Part shown: positions 24,781 to 38,276 of the stretch, piece after piece | Layout of the letters: each line of letters opens with the position of its first letter | Position numbering within the stretch: position 1 is the stretch's first letter | From: Octopus sinensis | Taxonomy: Eukaryota | Assembly (NCBI RefSeq): GCF_006345805.1 | Contig: NC_043009.1 | Span: 50,282,001-50,346,000 of the forward strand | Direction of reading: 5' to 3' | DNA: 64,000 nucleotides | The notes under the pieces: generated by a model | Told to the model about the DNA's origin: nothing | Databases searched by the model: none | The model's input: the letters and a program-made list of their open reading frames with translations, nothing else | Translations under genes and position numbers: made by a program

Positions 24781-25189
24781 TCTTTACTCTTTTACTTGTT
24801 TCAGTCATTTGACTGCGGCCATGCTGGAGCACCGCCTTTTAATCGAGCAACTCGACCCCGGGACTTATTCTTTGTAAGCCCAGTACTTATTCTATCGGTC
24901 CCTTTTGCCGAACCGCTAAGTAACGGGGACATAAACACACCAGCATCGTTTGTCAAGCAATGCTAGGGCGACAAACACAGACACACAAACACACACACAT
25001 ACACATACATATATATATATATACATATATACGACGGGCTTCTTTCAGTTTCCGTCTACCAAATCCACTCACAAGGCTTTGGTCGGCCCAAGGCTATAGT
25101 AGAAGACACTTGCCCCCAAGGTGCCATGCAGTGGGACTGAACCCGGAACCATGTGGTTGGTTAGCAAGCTACTTACCACACAGCCACTC
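24781..25189 (-). mobile_element. Family A SINE (near full length)
   Basis: High identity to 6921-7321 and 38742-39134. Confidence 0.92.
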
Positions 25190-25869
25190 AGTAACTAGAT
25201 GTTGAAGAAGCTAAATGTAAGGTTCTCAGATTATGAATTCAGAAATTACTATCTCTATTGTTATCTCTGTTTATACAAAATCAATTCTTACATTGCTTTA
25301 GCTATTTTAACTAAATAGACAATTACTTAGAAATTCTAACATACACAAATCAAAATTGCATTCTCAGTTAAATAAGCTAATGAAGGAACATTGACGTGGT
25401 GGCTTAACCTGAAAGAAACAGCAGTTGAATATACCGTAAATTATATCCTGCTGTCTTTTTTAAAAAGAATGGGAAGATGCATTAAGTAATGTGTATCTAC
25501 ATCCTTCTTTGTTAAAAAATAAGACAGGATGATCATGACTGGAAGATCTTTGATGGTTTGCGGTGTGTGAGTGTGTGTACATATCACCACTACCATTGCT
25601 TTAACATCTAATTTTCCATGTTTGCATTATCAGATGGAATTTGCTGAGGGTAGATTTTCTATGGTAGGATGCCCTTCCTGTTGCCAACCCTCAGCTGTTT
25701 TTGAATAAAGTACTATTTCCCCCATGACTAGATATGTTTTCACAGAAGATTGGAAATGAAGGGCACCACTTGCATGGTTGTGATACTCACTTGCAATTGT
25801 CATATGATGAGAAAACAAGGAGACACACACAAACACTTGCATACACACACACACATGCACATACATACA

Positions 25870-26023
25870 GGACAAAATTCTTTCAGTTTTTATCTATCTA
25901 ATCCATTCACAAAGCTTTGGTTGACCTGGTGCTACAATAGGTGGAAGACATGCCGAACGTGCCCTGCAATGGGACTGAACTTGAAATCATGTGATTGAAA
26001 TGCAAGCCTATTACCACACAGCC
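25870..26023 (-). mobile_element. Diverged family A 5' fragment
   Basis: ttaccacacagcc, gggactgaac and cacaaagctttggttgacc motifs. Confidence 0.65.
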
Positions 26024-26123
26024 GTGCTAGCATCTATAATCATAGCATATGCATATATGATTGCATATGTGTGTATGTGAATGTGTGTGTGTGTGAAAGA
26101 TTGAGTGAGAAAGAAAGAGAGAG

Positions 26124-26379
26124 ACTGAAAGAAGCCCGTTGTATATATGTATATATATATATATATGTGTGTGTGTTTGTGTGTGTCTGTGTTTGTTCCC
26201 CTAGCATTGCTTGACAACCGATGCTGGTGTGTTTATGTCCCTGTCACTTAGTGGTTCAGCAAAAGAGACCGATAGAATAAGTACTGGGCTTACAAAAGAA
26301 TAAGTCCAGGGTTCGAGTTGCTCGATTAAAGGCGGTGCCCCAGCATGGCCGCAGTCAACTGACTGAAACAAGTAAAAGA

Positions 26380-26388
<9 letters not shown>
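26124..26388 (+). mobile_element. 5'-truncated family A SINE running into (GA)n
   Basis: actgaaagaagcccgttgtatat...gactgaaacaagtaaaagagtaaaagag. Confidence 0.9.
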
Positions 26389-26416
<28 letters not shown>

Positions 26417-28492
26417 ATAAAATATTTTATTTGCCAACATGTTTTCTACGACAATTGCATATCCGTTTCAAAACAGCCACATGATGATGGTAGAAATATT
26501 ATACTAAAGGAAATCAAAATCTGTTTAATCAAACACAGTAATGGCATTGCAGACACCAAAATAAACAAGCTAAAACAAACTCCACACTGCAACATGCATG
26601 AATAAATAACTATTAGTATATCTCAGTGCATATTAGAGTTAAAAATAAAAAAAAAAAAAATAATAAATGCCTTTCTATTTACTAACTAAAGATAATATTT
26701 TCTAAACTTAGAAATAAACTTGCCTTTCCTTCATCTAATTCTCTGAGCAACTGACCTGCACTTTGTAACTAATTCTGGATTGAATGGAGGAACTGCACAG
26801 TATATTCCATCACCATCATCATCCACATTAAATTAAAATTATTCAAGCGGATAAAAATGTAAATGTATTATACTTTCAGAGATAATACTGAGAGAAAGTT
26901 AAAGATGAAATTGCTTTATATAATATTATTACAGTATACTGAAATGAGCAAATTTAAGAAAACATATAGGTAAAAAATTTTTTAAAAAAAGTATATTAAT
27001 CCCTCAAAATTCTGTTTCACCTGTCAGATTTTGGTTTTGTTTTACAGATAGTAGGTCTTTTCCTCAGGTGAAGGAAAGAGATTTCTGGTGTATTTTTTTT
27101 TTTTGAGGTTTTTGTTTATTTCTAATTTTTCTTTTCATCATTTACATAAGTACGTTTTGTGTATTTAAAATATTCCACAAGCTAAATATAGTTGTTAGCT
27201 ATGCTGTTTGAGTACATAGAATTATATGAAGGCCATAACAACACTACCTGCAAACTGGACTGTTGGAACAATGCCAAAATGACAGCAGAGCAGTAAGCCT
27301 CTGTCATCAGTTTGGCAAACACTGCAGGGAGGATCAGATACTTGACAGACTTTCTAAGATCATTTTGCCCCATTTATTTTTCTTGATTATTTTTTTTTTA
27401 TGGATTGGGAATGATGGGGCCAGAAAGTTTTTTTTGTTTTTTTTTTTTCCTTTTTTGGTGAAACAAGATTGTGCAATCTTATTTTGCCAGGAGCATCATT
27501 TAATGTTTTTATGCATTTTACTTTTTGAATATATTTCTTCAGCTATCTGTATATATATCCCACATACATATATATATATATACTCATGCACACACACATA
27601 AGCAATGCAATCTGCATGAAGTAGTTGGCAGTGCCAAAAGCATAGCCTCAAGCCCTGAAGAAAAATTGAATCTAAGGAATGGTCGTCAATAGCAGCCACA
27701 TTATGATAAGGCACGCAAGTAGTCACATGTATATTTTCAGTAAGATAATAAAAAATAAATTTGGGCAGAAAATACAAGGTATGAGGGGTTGGTTGGGATC
27801 CCTCAAATCACAAGACAGTATGCGTAAATGCACGAATGCACACACACACACACACACACACATACACATGCACACACACACACACAAACACACACACATG
27901 CATGCACGAACACACACAAGCATGCAACAGAGACATGCGGACAAAACGGTTGGACTTATACATATGCACAAATCATTTTCTGAAAATATATATATATATA
28001 TATATATAATATATATATATATAAATAAAATAGAAATGAAAGAAGACACATCCATAAAATATAACTGAATAAATGAAAAGATAGAGTGTTTTATTATGTT
28101 GAAATGATAAAAATTTAAAACAACTTTGCAAAATAATTTCTAAGATATATTTCTGCCAGCTGAACAAATTCAGAAACGTCATGCTGTGAAGAAACTACCG
28201 AAGTGGTTTGTCACTATTCTTTACAGTTCCTATTAAATTTGTTTCTGTCTTTTTGGCATATTTTTACCTCATTTCTGCTCCCCTCTCTCCTCATTTTTCT
28301 CCTTTTTTTTTTTAGATATTTTTTTTTATTATTATTATTATTTTGTCTTATTTCTCTTTTACCTCACGATAGAACTAAGTTTGATATATGTCAGAATAAT
28401 TCAAAAACGAATGAATTGTAGAAGAAAATTTAAGAACACAGATATTGTTTGTGAGACAAAGAAAGAGAAAAGACCTTTCTTTTGCTCCTTCT

Positions 28493-28527
<35 letters not shown>

Positions 28528-28565
28528 CATCATCATCATCATCATCGTCATCGTCATCATCATCA
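28493..28565. repeat. (CAT)n microsatellite
   Basis: Visible; it explains the poly-His and poly-Met ORFs. Confidence 0.95.
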
Positions 28566-28799
28566 CGCTATCAACAGCACTTTGAATAAAATTTGTCTGC
28601 TGTTTGGACTTATTATTGTTCAATGCCTGCCAATATTTTCTAATTATGTTCTATAATATCAATATGTATGCGTATATAGATATTACTTATATACATAGAT
28701 ATATAGGCATATCTATCTGTAAACATGCACTCACACACACACACAAAGACACACACACACACACACACACACTCACAGATATATGCATGTGTGTACGTG

Positions 28800-28939
28800 T
28801 ATATATACATATATAGATAGTGGATAGATGCATATATATATATATATGTATATATATGTATGTATGTATATGTGTGTGTGAAAATATCTACACACATACA
28901 TATAGACATACATAAACATATATATATATACATGCATAC

Positions 28940-28974
<35 letters not shown>

Positions 28975-29120
28975 CATACACATATATATATAATACATAT
29001 ATATATGCATACATACACACATATATATATACATATATTACATATATATATATATACATACATATATACATATATATATACATACATATATACATACATA
29101 CATACACACATACATACATA

Positions 29121-29165
<45 letters not shown>

Positions 29166-29240
29166 TAGATAAATACATATGTACACATGCACACACATAC
29201 AAATATATGTGTATATACATATACATATGAATATATGTAT
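28800..29240. repeat. Degenerate (TA)/(CA) low-complexity tract
   Basis: Visible. Confidence 0.9.
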
Positions 29241-29319
29241 TCAGAAAAAGGGAAGAGCACTGCATTGAAGTTGAGAGGAAAAATATAATGAAAATGCTTA
29301 CCTGCATGCAAGTAGAAAT

Positions 29320-29351
<32 letters not shown>

Positions 29352-29353
<2 letters not shown>

Positions 29354-29446
29354 ACAAAGATCATAGCAGCAGTTATAACAACAGTGATAACAACAACATT
29401 ATTCTAAAACGCTTCTAAATCAGAAGTTAGAGATATTTCATCAATA

Positions 29447-29482
<36 letters not shown>

Positions 29483-29580
29483 ACAAAGATCATAGCAGCA
29501 GTTATAACAACAGTGATAACAACAACATTATTCTAAAACGCTTCTAAATCAGAAGTTAGAGATATTTCATCAATAATACA
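29352..29580. repeat. 129 bp tandem duplication bounded by (CA)n
   Basis: gtacaaagatcatagcagc...caataatac starts at 29352 and 29481. Confidence 0.92.
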
Positions 29581-30019
29581 CACACACACACACACACACA
29601 CACATACGCATGCACACACAATATATTGCGATCATATTTTAAATGCTATTGTACAAACAAGCTTTCAACAAAAAGTTACGTTTAATAGGCAGTAAATTAT
29701 AAACAAAGCAATAAGATAAATAATCACTTGAAATAGAGAAGTAATGAATGAATGAGATGATAGAAGATTTGCTTCTGAAAGCAGAACAGACTGTTTCGAT
29801 CCTAAATTCAGAAATGAGATTTACTTTTGTTCAACTTCTCCAATGTGACAATGAATGATTATCATTGAGGGATCAGATGGAGTAACAATTCATATTTATG
29901 TCAATTTCAAGGCTGCTCTTGTAATTTTTTTTCTCTGTGATTCAAAATATCTCCAAAATAAGGAAGGACTTTTAAGAATAGGTACTTGTTTTAGTTACAT
30001 ACTCTTATGCACATGACAG

Positions 30020-30127
30020 ATGAATTACTTCATTGGCAAGATCCTAATTCCAGTTCGGTCTAATACAGATCATATCCCAGATCATCTATTGCAATATATA
30101 ACTGAGTTTATTGCACGGAGTGTTCAG
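30020..30127 (+). other. Candidate symmetric 108 nt exon (unidentified)
   Basis: gacag| MNYFIGKILIPVRSNTDHIPDHLLQYITEFIARSVQ |gtacac, phase 0-0. No homology recognised. Confidence 0.2.
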
Positions 30128-30691
30128 GTACACTACAACTAATCAGAAAAGTGTAAAAGTGGGGATAGAAAGCAGCAGTAAGACAGTTAAAGAAAATCCC
30201 TAATTATAACCAGAATAAAGCAAAAATTCCCAAAATGAACCATGAGAGAGCTATGGAAAGGAAAAATGTGCATAGGTGGGTCAAGAAAAGTATTGGTGAT
30301 GGACTGCAAGAAACATTGAATTTTTGAAGGACTCAGTGTCCTAATAGTTAACAATGTGTGCAGGTAGTTTATTCCATGCTCCAACAATTCTGTTTCCAAA
30401 AGTTATGAGTACACTGCTGTTTCCTCCTCACCAAATGCAGAGGCAAACTTTGACATCAAGAAAGAAATATGCTGCTCAAATACACAATAGAATGCCAATG
30501 AATTTCAACACAAGACCTAAAAGCTGATAGTATAATATTCATCCACTTTGTCGAGGAATAACAATTTGTAGAAAAATAAAGAAAAAGGCAATGTAAGACA
30601 CAATGTATTTAATCATTAAAAAAATCCTTCCATCTGGCTGCAAGACTATAAATTCATGAAGTATGGTATACATCTGTATAGGAATAATATA

Positions 30692-31195
30692 CAGGATGTG
30701 GTGAATAAACTGTCATTTTAGTTACACAAAAATGAAAATAACACTGACACCTCATTTTAACAAATATATTTACCTAAATTACTTAAAAATATCTTGAAAT
30801 ACTAAAGAATAAATTTATTCAATAAAATCGCCATTAGCTTTAACCAAGGCCTCCAGACAACATCAGAAACTCCTGCAACTCTTCTGGATTGTCTTCTTGT
30901 TTAAGTTGGTGAATGCTGTCGTAATCCTTGCCTTCAGCTCATCTTTGGTGTTACAAGGAGTTTTGTTGGTCTTTCACTCAACTGTACTCCACACAATAAT
31001 CAAAGGGGTTGCAGTTTGGGGAGTTGGGTGGCCAGATGTTAGGGGTGATGTGGTCATAGAAATTGTCTGACAGCCATGTCTGGGTTCTCCTGCTTGTGTG
31101 ACATGGTGCAGAAGCCTGCAGAGTCCAGACATAGAGTCTTCCAATAGCTACCCTCTCGAGCCAGGGCAGCACTACCTCCTCCAAGCACTTGATGT
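30692..31195 (-). mobile_element. Tc1/mariner-superfamily transposase 3' remnant (WPPNSP-type) with terminus
   Basis: The minus frame gives IWPPNSPNCNPFDYC (WPPNSPDLNPLDY motif), then KTNKTPCNTKDELKARITTAF...LEALVKANGDFIE*. It ends at TA|CAGGATGT near 30690. Confidence 0.85.
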
Positions 31196-31544
31196 TGTCC
31201 TAATATATTTAGAATATATTGAAATATTACCATCTATAGTAAGGGACAGAAGCTGACAACTTGTGGTATTAAGTTCATTCTATCATATCTAAAAATTTAA
31301 ATCTTGTAGCTATAGTTATCTTTGCATTTTTAATAAATGAAAAATAAAAGACGTAACAGTAATCCACTAGGGTAAAAAAGATGAACTAAAACCTCTTTTT
31401 TAAGTTAGAAGAAAAAGGACTATCCTCACCTAATGAATAAAAGCAATATTTGTCATAAAATGAATGATGTACAAGAAATATCCACCTTAGTTAAACTTGA
31501 TTTCTATTAGGATTTTATTCACATTGATAAAGCATTGTACGAAC

Positions 31545-31690
31545 TGGCTCTAGCATTTGACTATTTCATTTTAACAACTTCAATAGGATGAAAAGCAAGT
31601 TGACCTTGGTGAGATTTGAACTCAGAACATAAAAGACAGTAACTAAATACTGCAGGCATTTTGTTGAATGCTCAAATGATTTTACCAAAT
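31545..31690 (-). mobile_element. Diverged family B-like SINE
   Basis: ggatgaaaagcaagttgacc..gagatttgaactcagaac motifs. Confidence 0.6.
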
Positions 31691-32422
31691 CTCAGGTTTC
31701 CTTTAGCATCCTTTTAAGAGGAAAGAAATTACCAAATTTTAAATAAAGGAAGGGTGTGACTTTGTTCCTGAGAAGTAATTCAATATTAAACATATGTCCT
31801 TATATTTTAAGGTTTCTCTAGTAGTGTTTAACTGAAATACTAAAGCAAAAGAAAAAGATATAAAAGTACTTTACAATAGGTTAAAGCCCCCCAAAATTAC
31901 TGAAATGGAAGCTAATGATAGTAGCTTTATTTTTAATTGATTAGCAGCAGAAAGAGGGTAGTGGAACAAATAACTGGTGTGTGTGTGTATGCGTGTGTGT
32001 GAGTGTGTGCACATGTGCGTGTGTGTGCACATATGTGTGTGTGCACATGTGCGTGTGTGTGTGTGTCTGTGTGTGTGTGTGTCTGTGTGTGTGTAGTTAA
32101 TGTTCTTAACTTCAGTTAACACATTGTTACTTTACATAATAATCAAGATTATTTCTAATTTTAATTTCATGTCAGCCAATTTATTTAATCCTTCTAAGTG
32201 ACACAAACTAACAAGCTAAAATCAACATTATGGCTTAAGGTAGCATTATCTTGAGGGTGATAGAAGAAAACATTAACCTCCACAAAACAGAAAATGAAAA
32301 TATAAGCCTCAATAATAAACAGTAAAAATTAAAAGTTTATAACGAAAAATATTAATTGCTTCCTTAGCTTACATTATCATTTAGATATAGTCTGGGCCAC
32401 TGGTACCCAATGTGTACCTTAA

Positions 32423-32643
32423 CCCCTTAGCATTTAAACCGGCCATATCCGGCCAAAAATATTCTGCCTGATTTATGTTCAAACTTGCCAGATCTGGTCT
32501 CTCATACCAACCCTACAATATCGTTTTAAAAATTAACAGCTACCTCATCAAAATCTCAAAGCTACAAGATAATGCATGATTAATACAAAACAATGTGGAT
32601 GAAGAAGCATTAATTTTGGCAGAATAATGGGAACACTAAAGGG
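32423..32643 (+). mobile_element. piggyBac-type MITE (family D)
   Basis: TTAA at 32419-32422 and 32644-32647; ends CCCCTTAG/CTAAAGGG; matches 24192-24412. Confidence 0.88.
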
Positions 32644-33049
32644 TTAATGTATGATATTCTTACAAGTGACCAGAAAAAGGTTTGTGGTTTTCATTAGGAT
32701 GCAAGTAAATATACAGATGACAATTGTAAATGACAACAAAAAAAGTAATTAGTTGAAGAAGTAATGCTGCTTATTATTTAAGAAAGACAATTAGAGGCCA
32801 CACTAATTCCACAGGAACAAACACCGACACTTCATCCAATAGAAATAAGAACCAATTGTGTCTATTTTAATAGGAAATGCCAAAATAACTGAACTGGTAA
32901 CTGAAAGAGAAAATGGGGGCCAACTGGAAATTTGTGAAAGGGGAGGGGACAGAAGAAGCAGAAAAGAAAAATATTTGTATTTGTTGTTGTCATTAATTCT
33001 TTATGAGCAGAGTTGAAGAACTGGCTGTCCTTATTAGTGCTCGCATTCC

Positions 33050-33487
33050 TTATTTTAATTCACCCAAGTACCTTATTTTCTGCACCATATTTGGTTGAAT
33101 ATAGTGCCAACTCAACTATGGATCATTAGACAAGTTTAACATTTCCTGAACTGTTAAGATGCTGTAGAGTGTATAATCAATTTCCAAAAGCATGTTATTC
33201 CACAATGAAACTTGGGAGTTGTGCCTTAAGGAGTTAAGTTAAGCTTGCATAATTAGAGACCAGTAACACTTGATGCCTGGCTGAATGTTCTGTGTAGCTA
33301 GAATTCTCTCCTTAGAAAATTCCAAACAAAACCCTTGGTGTTGAGGTAGAAAATTGGCTATGAGCAAAGCAGATAATTTATATTTTAGACTCTTTCTGCG
33401 TCTATTTCTGTCTTCCCTCCTTAACATCTTAAAGAATTCACCAAGTTTATTTTTAGTCAATGTTCTCAGTTCCTTCATTTCTTTCAC
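33050..33487 (-). mobile_element. Decayed LINE reverse-transcriptase fragment
   Basis: The ORF segment ...LIANFLPQHQGFCLEFS... resembles the RT 'P.xQ.GF' motif. The frame continues with stops and has no convincing splice sites. Confidence 0.45.
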
Positions 33488-36004
33488 TAGTTATTAATTA
33501 CTCATTAATTACTAACAACATTTTTTTCCTATTATATTAAAGGTGTTTTGGAGACAGAAAGGGTGCATATTTTAAAATTTTGTTCTTCTAATTATTGCTT
33601 TTTATACATGCATGTGTGTGTGCATTCATATGTGTATATATATATAAATGCACATATTACACTTTAAACTGAAAGGTTGCAGATTAATGTACATAATACT
33701 GAGAAGAATAAACCACTGAGTGTACCAAATACACTAATTTTTTTTAATATGTCTATAAAATAACACTTTGTATAGACAAATACATATACACACATATGTA
33801 ATGGGTTGGTCACAGACATGGCTGAGTGGCCAAAATGTTGGCATCACAATTATGGGATCTGAACTGCAATTCCATCAAGTGACAGCTTTAGTTTACCCAC
33901 TTTAATACAGCCAGGAGTTGATCCAGACTTCGTGAGTACACTTGAGTAGAGAGGAAACAGTGATGGCCCATATAAATAGACTGGGCCTTGCTCTGGCAAC
34001 TCAAAGGGCCAGTCTGCCCCACCATGTCATGCAAAGTCTGTTTAAGGATTATGCTATTAATTCACAGCATTCATTTATTTTCCATATATGAGAAATATCA
34101 AAGGAAAGAAAGAATCATTGTTCACAACCCCAATCAGACCAAAGTCTACAGATTTGCCACAAGAGCACTAGAGACTGACATTCAAGTATCAGTTTACATA
34201 GCCATCTGAAGGCTTACCACTCTTGTTTGTGATATTCTGAGACAAAGAATACCATCATCATCATCAAACACACACACATGTAAATATCGTTATTTTAATT
34301 CCATTTTCCAATCTGGTATGGGTAGGATGATATTTGCTAGAATGGTTGGTATTACAGCATAGCATCATATCTAACAGTAACCCATTCATGTAGTGTGAAG
34401 TGGGAATGGAATTTTGTCAACCAAACTAAGAGAAGCAAGCATTATTATGCTCCTAACCTAAAGACAAAATGGATTAGTCAATGTAAAGTTTGAACACAGG
34501 ATCTTATGATCAATAGTTAAGTATCTTAACCTCACAGCCATTGCTCACCATTATTTCTATTTCTCTCTGAAATAACCCTGTAAACTAAAGCTATGTATAA
34601 CACTAAACTTTGTTAATTTAAAATATGAAGTTCCTGCAGTTATTACAATATACAGCTTCCATACACAGTTTTGTAGATATATGTGAAAGACTAATGATTT
34701 TGTTTTTGCTTTTGTTTTTTTATAGATAGTCATGAAATTCAAGATTTTTAAGAAAACGGATATGATATGCTCAGACATTTATGTTTTCTTGTTTTTCTTT
34801 CTTCTTTTTTAAAGAGTATTAGTGACAGAACTGCAGTGAAGCATTTCAATGTGGTATGAAAACAGATTTTTCAGACTATATTAGTAGAATATGCTGCTAC
34901 ATTATGAGAAACCCATCATTGAATGAGAACATAAACAGTCTAGAAAATAAATGTAAAAGCATATTGCTTATTAAAAAACAAGAAAATTATAACTGTTTGT
35001 CTAACAGAAATAATATAATAAATTCATATTTGTCAAATTGGTATAATGGCAAACTACCAGCCATAAATTTGATGATATGTATTGTATCACTGAAGATATA
35101 TTATGTCCATGAGAAAGACAGTTCTCATTGATACAGTAAAAGAATGCCACATATTAATACGACTTAAACAGTAATGAAGAGTGCAATATAACTAATATTG
35201 TTAACTTGTGATATTGAGTGCATCTCCTTCTATTAGTATAGCCTGGAAAGCAATGGGCTTGGTCAGGTAGTCTTATATACACAGCAGGAACAGTATAGCA
35301 TTAGCAATATCCCAATAACCAAATTAGTTATGGGATTCACATCTCATCAGGAGCAATATTATACTTAGTGAAGTCTTAAGACTGGACCACTAGAATATTG
35401 TAGATTTAAAAAGGGAGCAGTGATGCAAAATAGTCAAAGCTCTACCAAAATAGAAATTTAATGCTAAAGTCCAGCAGTTTTCAATTTAGATATTAAAATA
35501 CTTATACTTTTAAATTAAACTAATCGCTAAATTTTCATTAGCAATTTCAATTTAAAATGTAGAATATTAAGGTTATGGAAGAAATGTCACATAATGCCAT
35601 ACACCGAAGATAAGTGGCATCTATAGACAATTTATAACCAATGTAATATTGAATGACAACCTATTAGGCACCAGTTTGAGGCAATGTTTTACATTCATAT
35701 CTCACTGTTTAAACTCTTGGAATTATACAGCCACAGAAAGTGCTTTAAATTTTAAATAATCTACTTCATTGTGGCATGTGTTATGAAAAACCTACTAGGA
35801 GAAAGGGACGTGTTTATATTACCACATGAATAAAATATATACAAAAATAAAGTGAAATACCAAAATGAAAATTAAAAAAAACACAAAATGAAACAGAAAC
35901 TTTTGAAGATTTGAACATTACAGACAGAGTACTGCCAAAATAAGTTCAAACACCACCAGCCAAATGAATTCCCAAACTCAGTTATCTTGACATCAAGTAC
36001 CCAC

Positions 36005-36157
36005 CTTAACTTCAGCAATGAGTTTTCGTGCTTTAGCCAATAAACTGTGCTGACAACTCCTTTAAACACATCTATAAAATAGTTCCCAACCTCACTCCAG
36101 TCCATGATAAAATTACCACAAAATAAACCAAGCAAAGCAACACGATATTCTCTGTTG
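36005..36157 (-). other. Candidate symmetric 153 nt exon (unidentified)
   Basis: Acceptor ttttatcttag|, donor aag|gtgggt, phase 2-2. Frame NREYRVALLGLFCGNFIMDWSEVGNYFIDVFKGVVSTVYWLKHENSLLKL. No homology recognised. Confidence 0.25.
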
Positions 36158-36189
36158 CTAAGATAAAATACTAAAAATCGAGGCAATAT

Positions 36190-36276
<87 letters not shown>

Positions 36277-37525
36277 AGGTATGTATGTGTATATATATAT
36301 ATATATACACATATACATACACACATACACACAAAATACACATATATGCTTTCATTCATACATACTCTGAATTGCATATACATATGTATGTGTGAATAGA
36401 TAAATATGTCTACAGTCTAAGCATTATAATGTAATGTTAAATGCAATAATATCTGAGTATATGGTACATGTGTGTGTGCACATGCATATATTTCGATATG
36501 ATCAGGCATAGATGCATATGTATACAGGCATCTATATATATACACATATATATATCTAACGCTATATCTATGTAACTACCAAACAATCAATTAACTATAC
36601 AGCGTCACAGTCGAAAGTCAGCTGAAGAGGGTTGTGCGTCTGTTGTCAATATGCAGCTTCTGTTAACCACATACAAAAGCAATTAAATGAAAATAAAATG
36701 AAGATAACCAACAGAGATAACTGTTATTATCAATCCATAAATCATGATTGAAAATATGGTGGAATATTAAACAGGACTGACTCCACAGTCAATGTCAAAG
36801 AACTAGTTCTCTGTTGAATAAAATCGCTACTATCACTTACAGCTCTGTCGTTGAATGCCAATATTAGTGCAGTTGTTATTGGTATGTAAATATGTGTCGT
36901 TTTATTAGTTACCAAGTGTAAGTCTACTAGAACAGCTTAAGAATGAGAGTAAAGAGCTACGGTGCTAGGGAATGAGGAAAAAAGAAAGTGTGTGACTGCT
37001 TTGTGTGTGTGTGTGTGTGTGTGTGTGGATAAATATGTATGAGCGTTTGCAAATTTAGATATATATAGACACACATATTCAATAGTGATTCCAGCAAACA
37101 CATTCTGATGCCAGCAGTCTAAAAGGGCTGACAATGGAGAAGAAGTGTATGCTATCAATGAGAAGACAACAAATACTATATAGTCCTTGAGTTGATGCTG
37201 AATTGGAAATGAGTAGGAAAACACCAGCAGCATGCAAAGTAGTGTTCAAGGAATGAAAAGATGATTATATCATAAAATCAGGAAGATCAAGTCATTTGTT
37301 GAAGTGGTAAAATCTAGATTACCAAGGAGAAAATTAATTCCCAGTGTAGGATTTGGATGAAGTCATGAAAGCTTTGATAACAGTTATTTTTGTGGGGTTC
37401 GTTTTTCTTTCTATTTTGTTATCATTATCAACAGGTTATAGGCAATTAGTATAACAGTGGAACAGATTGGCCTTCTGCTAGGGTTAACACTGTCTTCTCT
37501 TCCTGTGGATTTGATAATGTAATTA

Positions 37526-37758
37526 CCTATTTCTTTATTACTCACAAGGGGCTAAACACAGAGGGGACAAACAAGGACAGACATAGGTATTAAGTCGATT
37601 ACATCGACCCCAGTGCGTAACTGGTACTTAATTTATCGACCCCGAAAGGATGAAAGGCAAAGTCGACCTCGGCGGAATTCGAATTCACAACGTAACGCAG
37701 ACGAAATACCGCTAAGCATTTCGCCCGGCGTGCTAACATTTCTGCCAGCTCGCCACCT
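37526..37758 (-). mobile_element. Family B SINE (full length, young)
   Basis: Near-identical to 83-303 with the full central gcctttcatcctttcggggtcgataaattaagtaccag domain. Confidence 0.92.
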
Positions 37759-38144
37759 CACCTTTAGCTTAAATTGGTTCATTTCAACCAATGATGTACA
37801 TATTGTATAAATACCTACAATAGTTCTAATGTAGGAAATCATTACTCTTATCATCATCATCATTCAAAACATATTTCAGGACTAGGTTTGGTGTTTCCGC
37901 ATCCTTGCATCTAATTCAAACCCAGGTTTAACACTACCACATGGTCTATGGGTTCATTTAGTAGTGTCCACTCTGTTGCTAGCTTTTGGATTTGAATTCT
38001 GACCTAAGTATGGTTGCATATTTGGATGTATTTTGGTCTGACAATAGACTATGAAATGGGGTTTACTTCCACTATTGCCTACCATGAGTCTCACAACCAT
38101 ACATATGGTCACTGCCTGTCTTCCTATAACTGAAGAAAGGCATT

Positions 38145-38276
38145 TGGCATTAGGAAGGGCATCCAGCTGTAGAAACTCTGCCAGATCAGATTGGAGTCTG
38201 GTTCGCCAGACCTCAGTCAAATCGTCCAACCCATGCTAGCATGGAAAGCAGACGTTAAATGATGATGATGATGATG
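38145..38276 (+). mobile_element. 5'-truncated family C tail with (GAT)n
   Basis: taggaagggcatccagctgtagaaa...ccaacccatgctagcatgga..gatgatgatg. Confidence 0.85.

Noticed and set aside
28381-28656. Poly-His ORF suggesting a metal-binding protein
   Set aside because: It is a (CAT)n microsatellite with no coding context.
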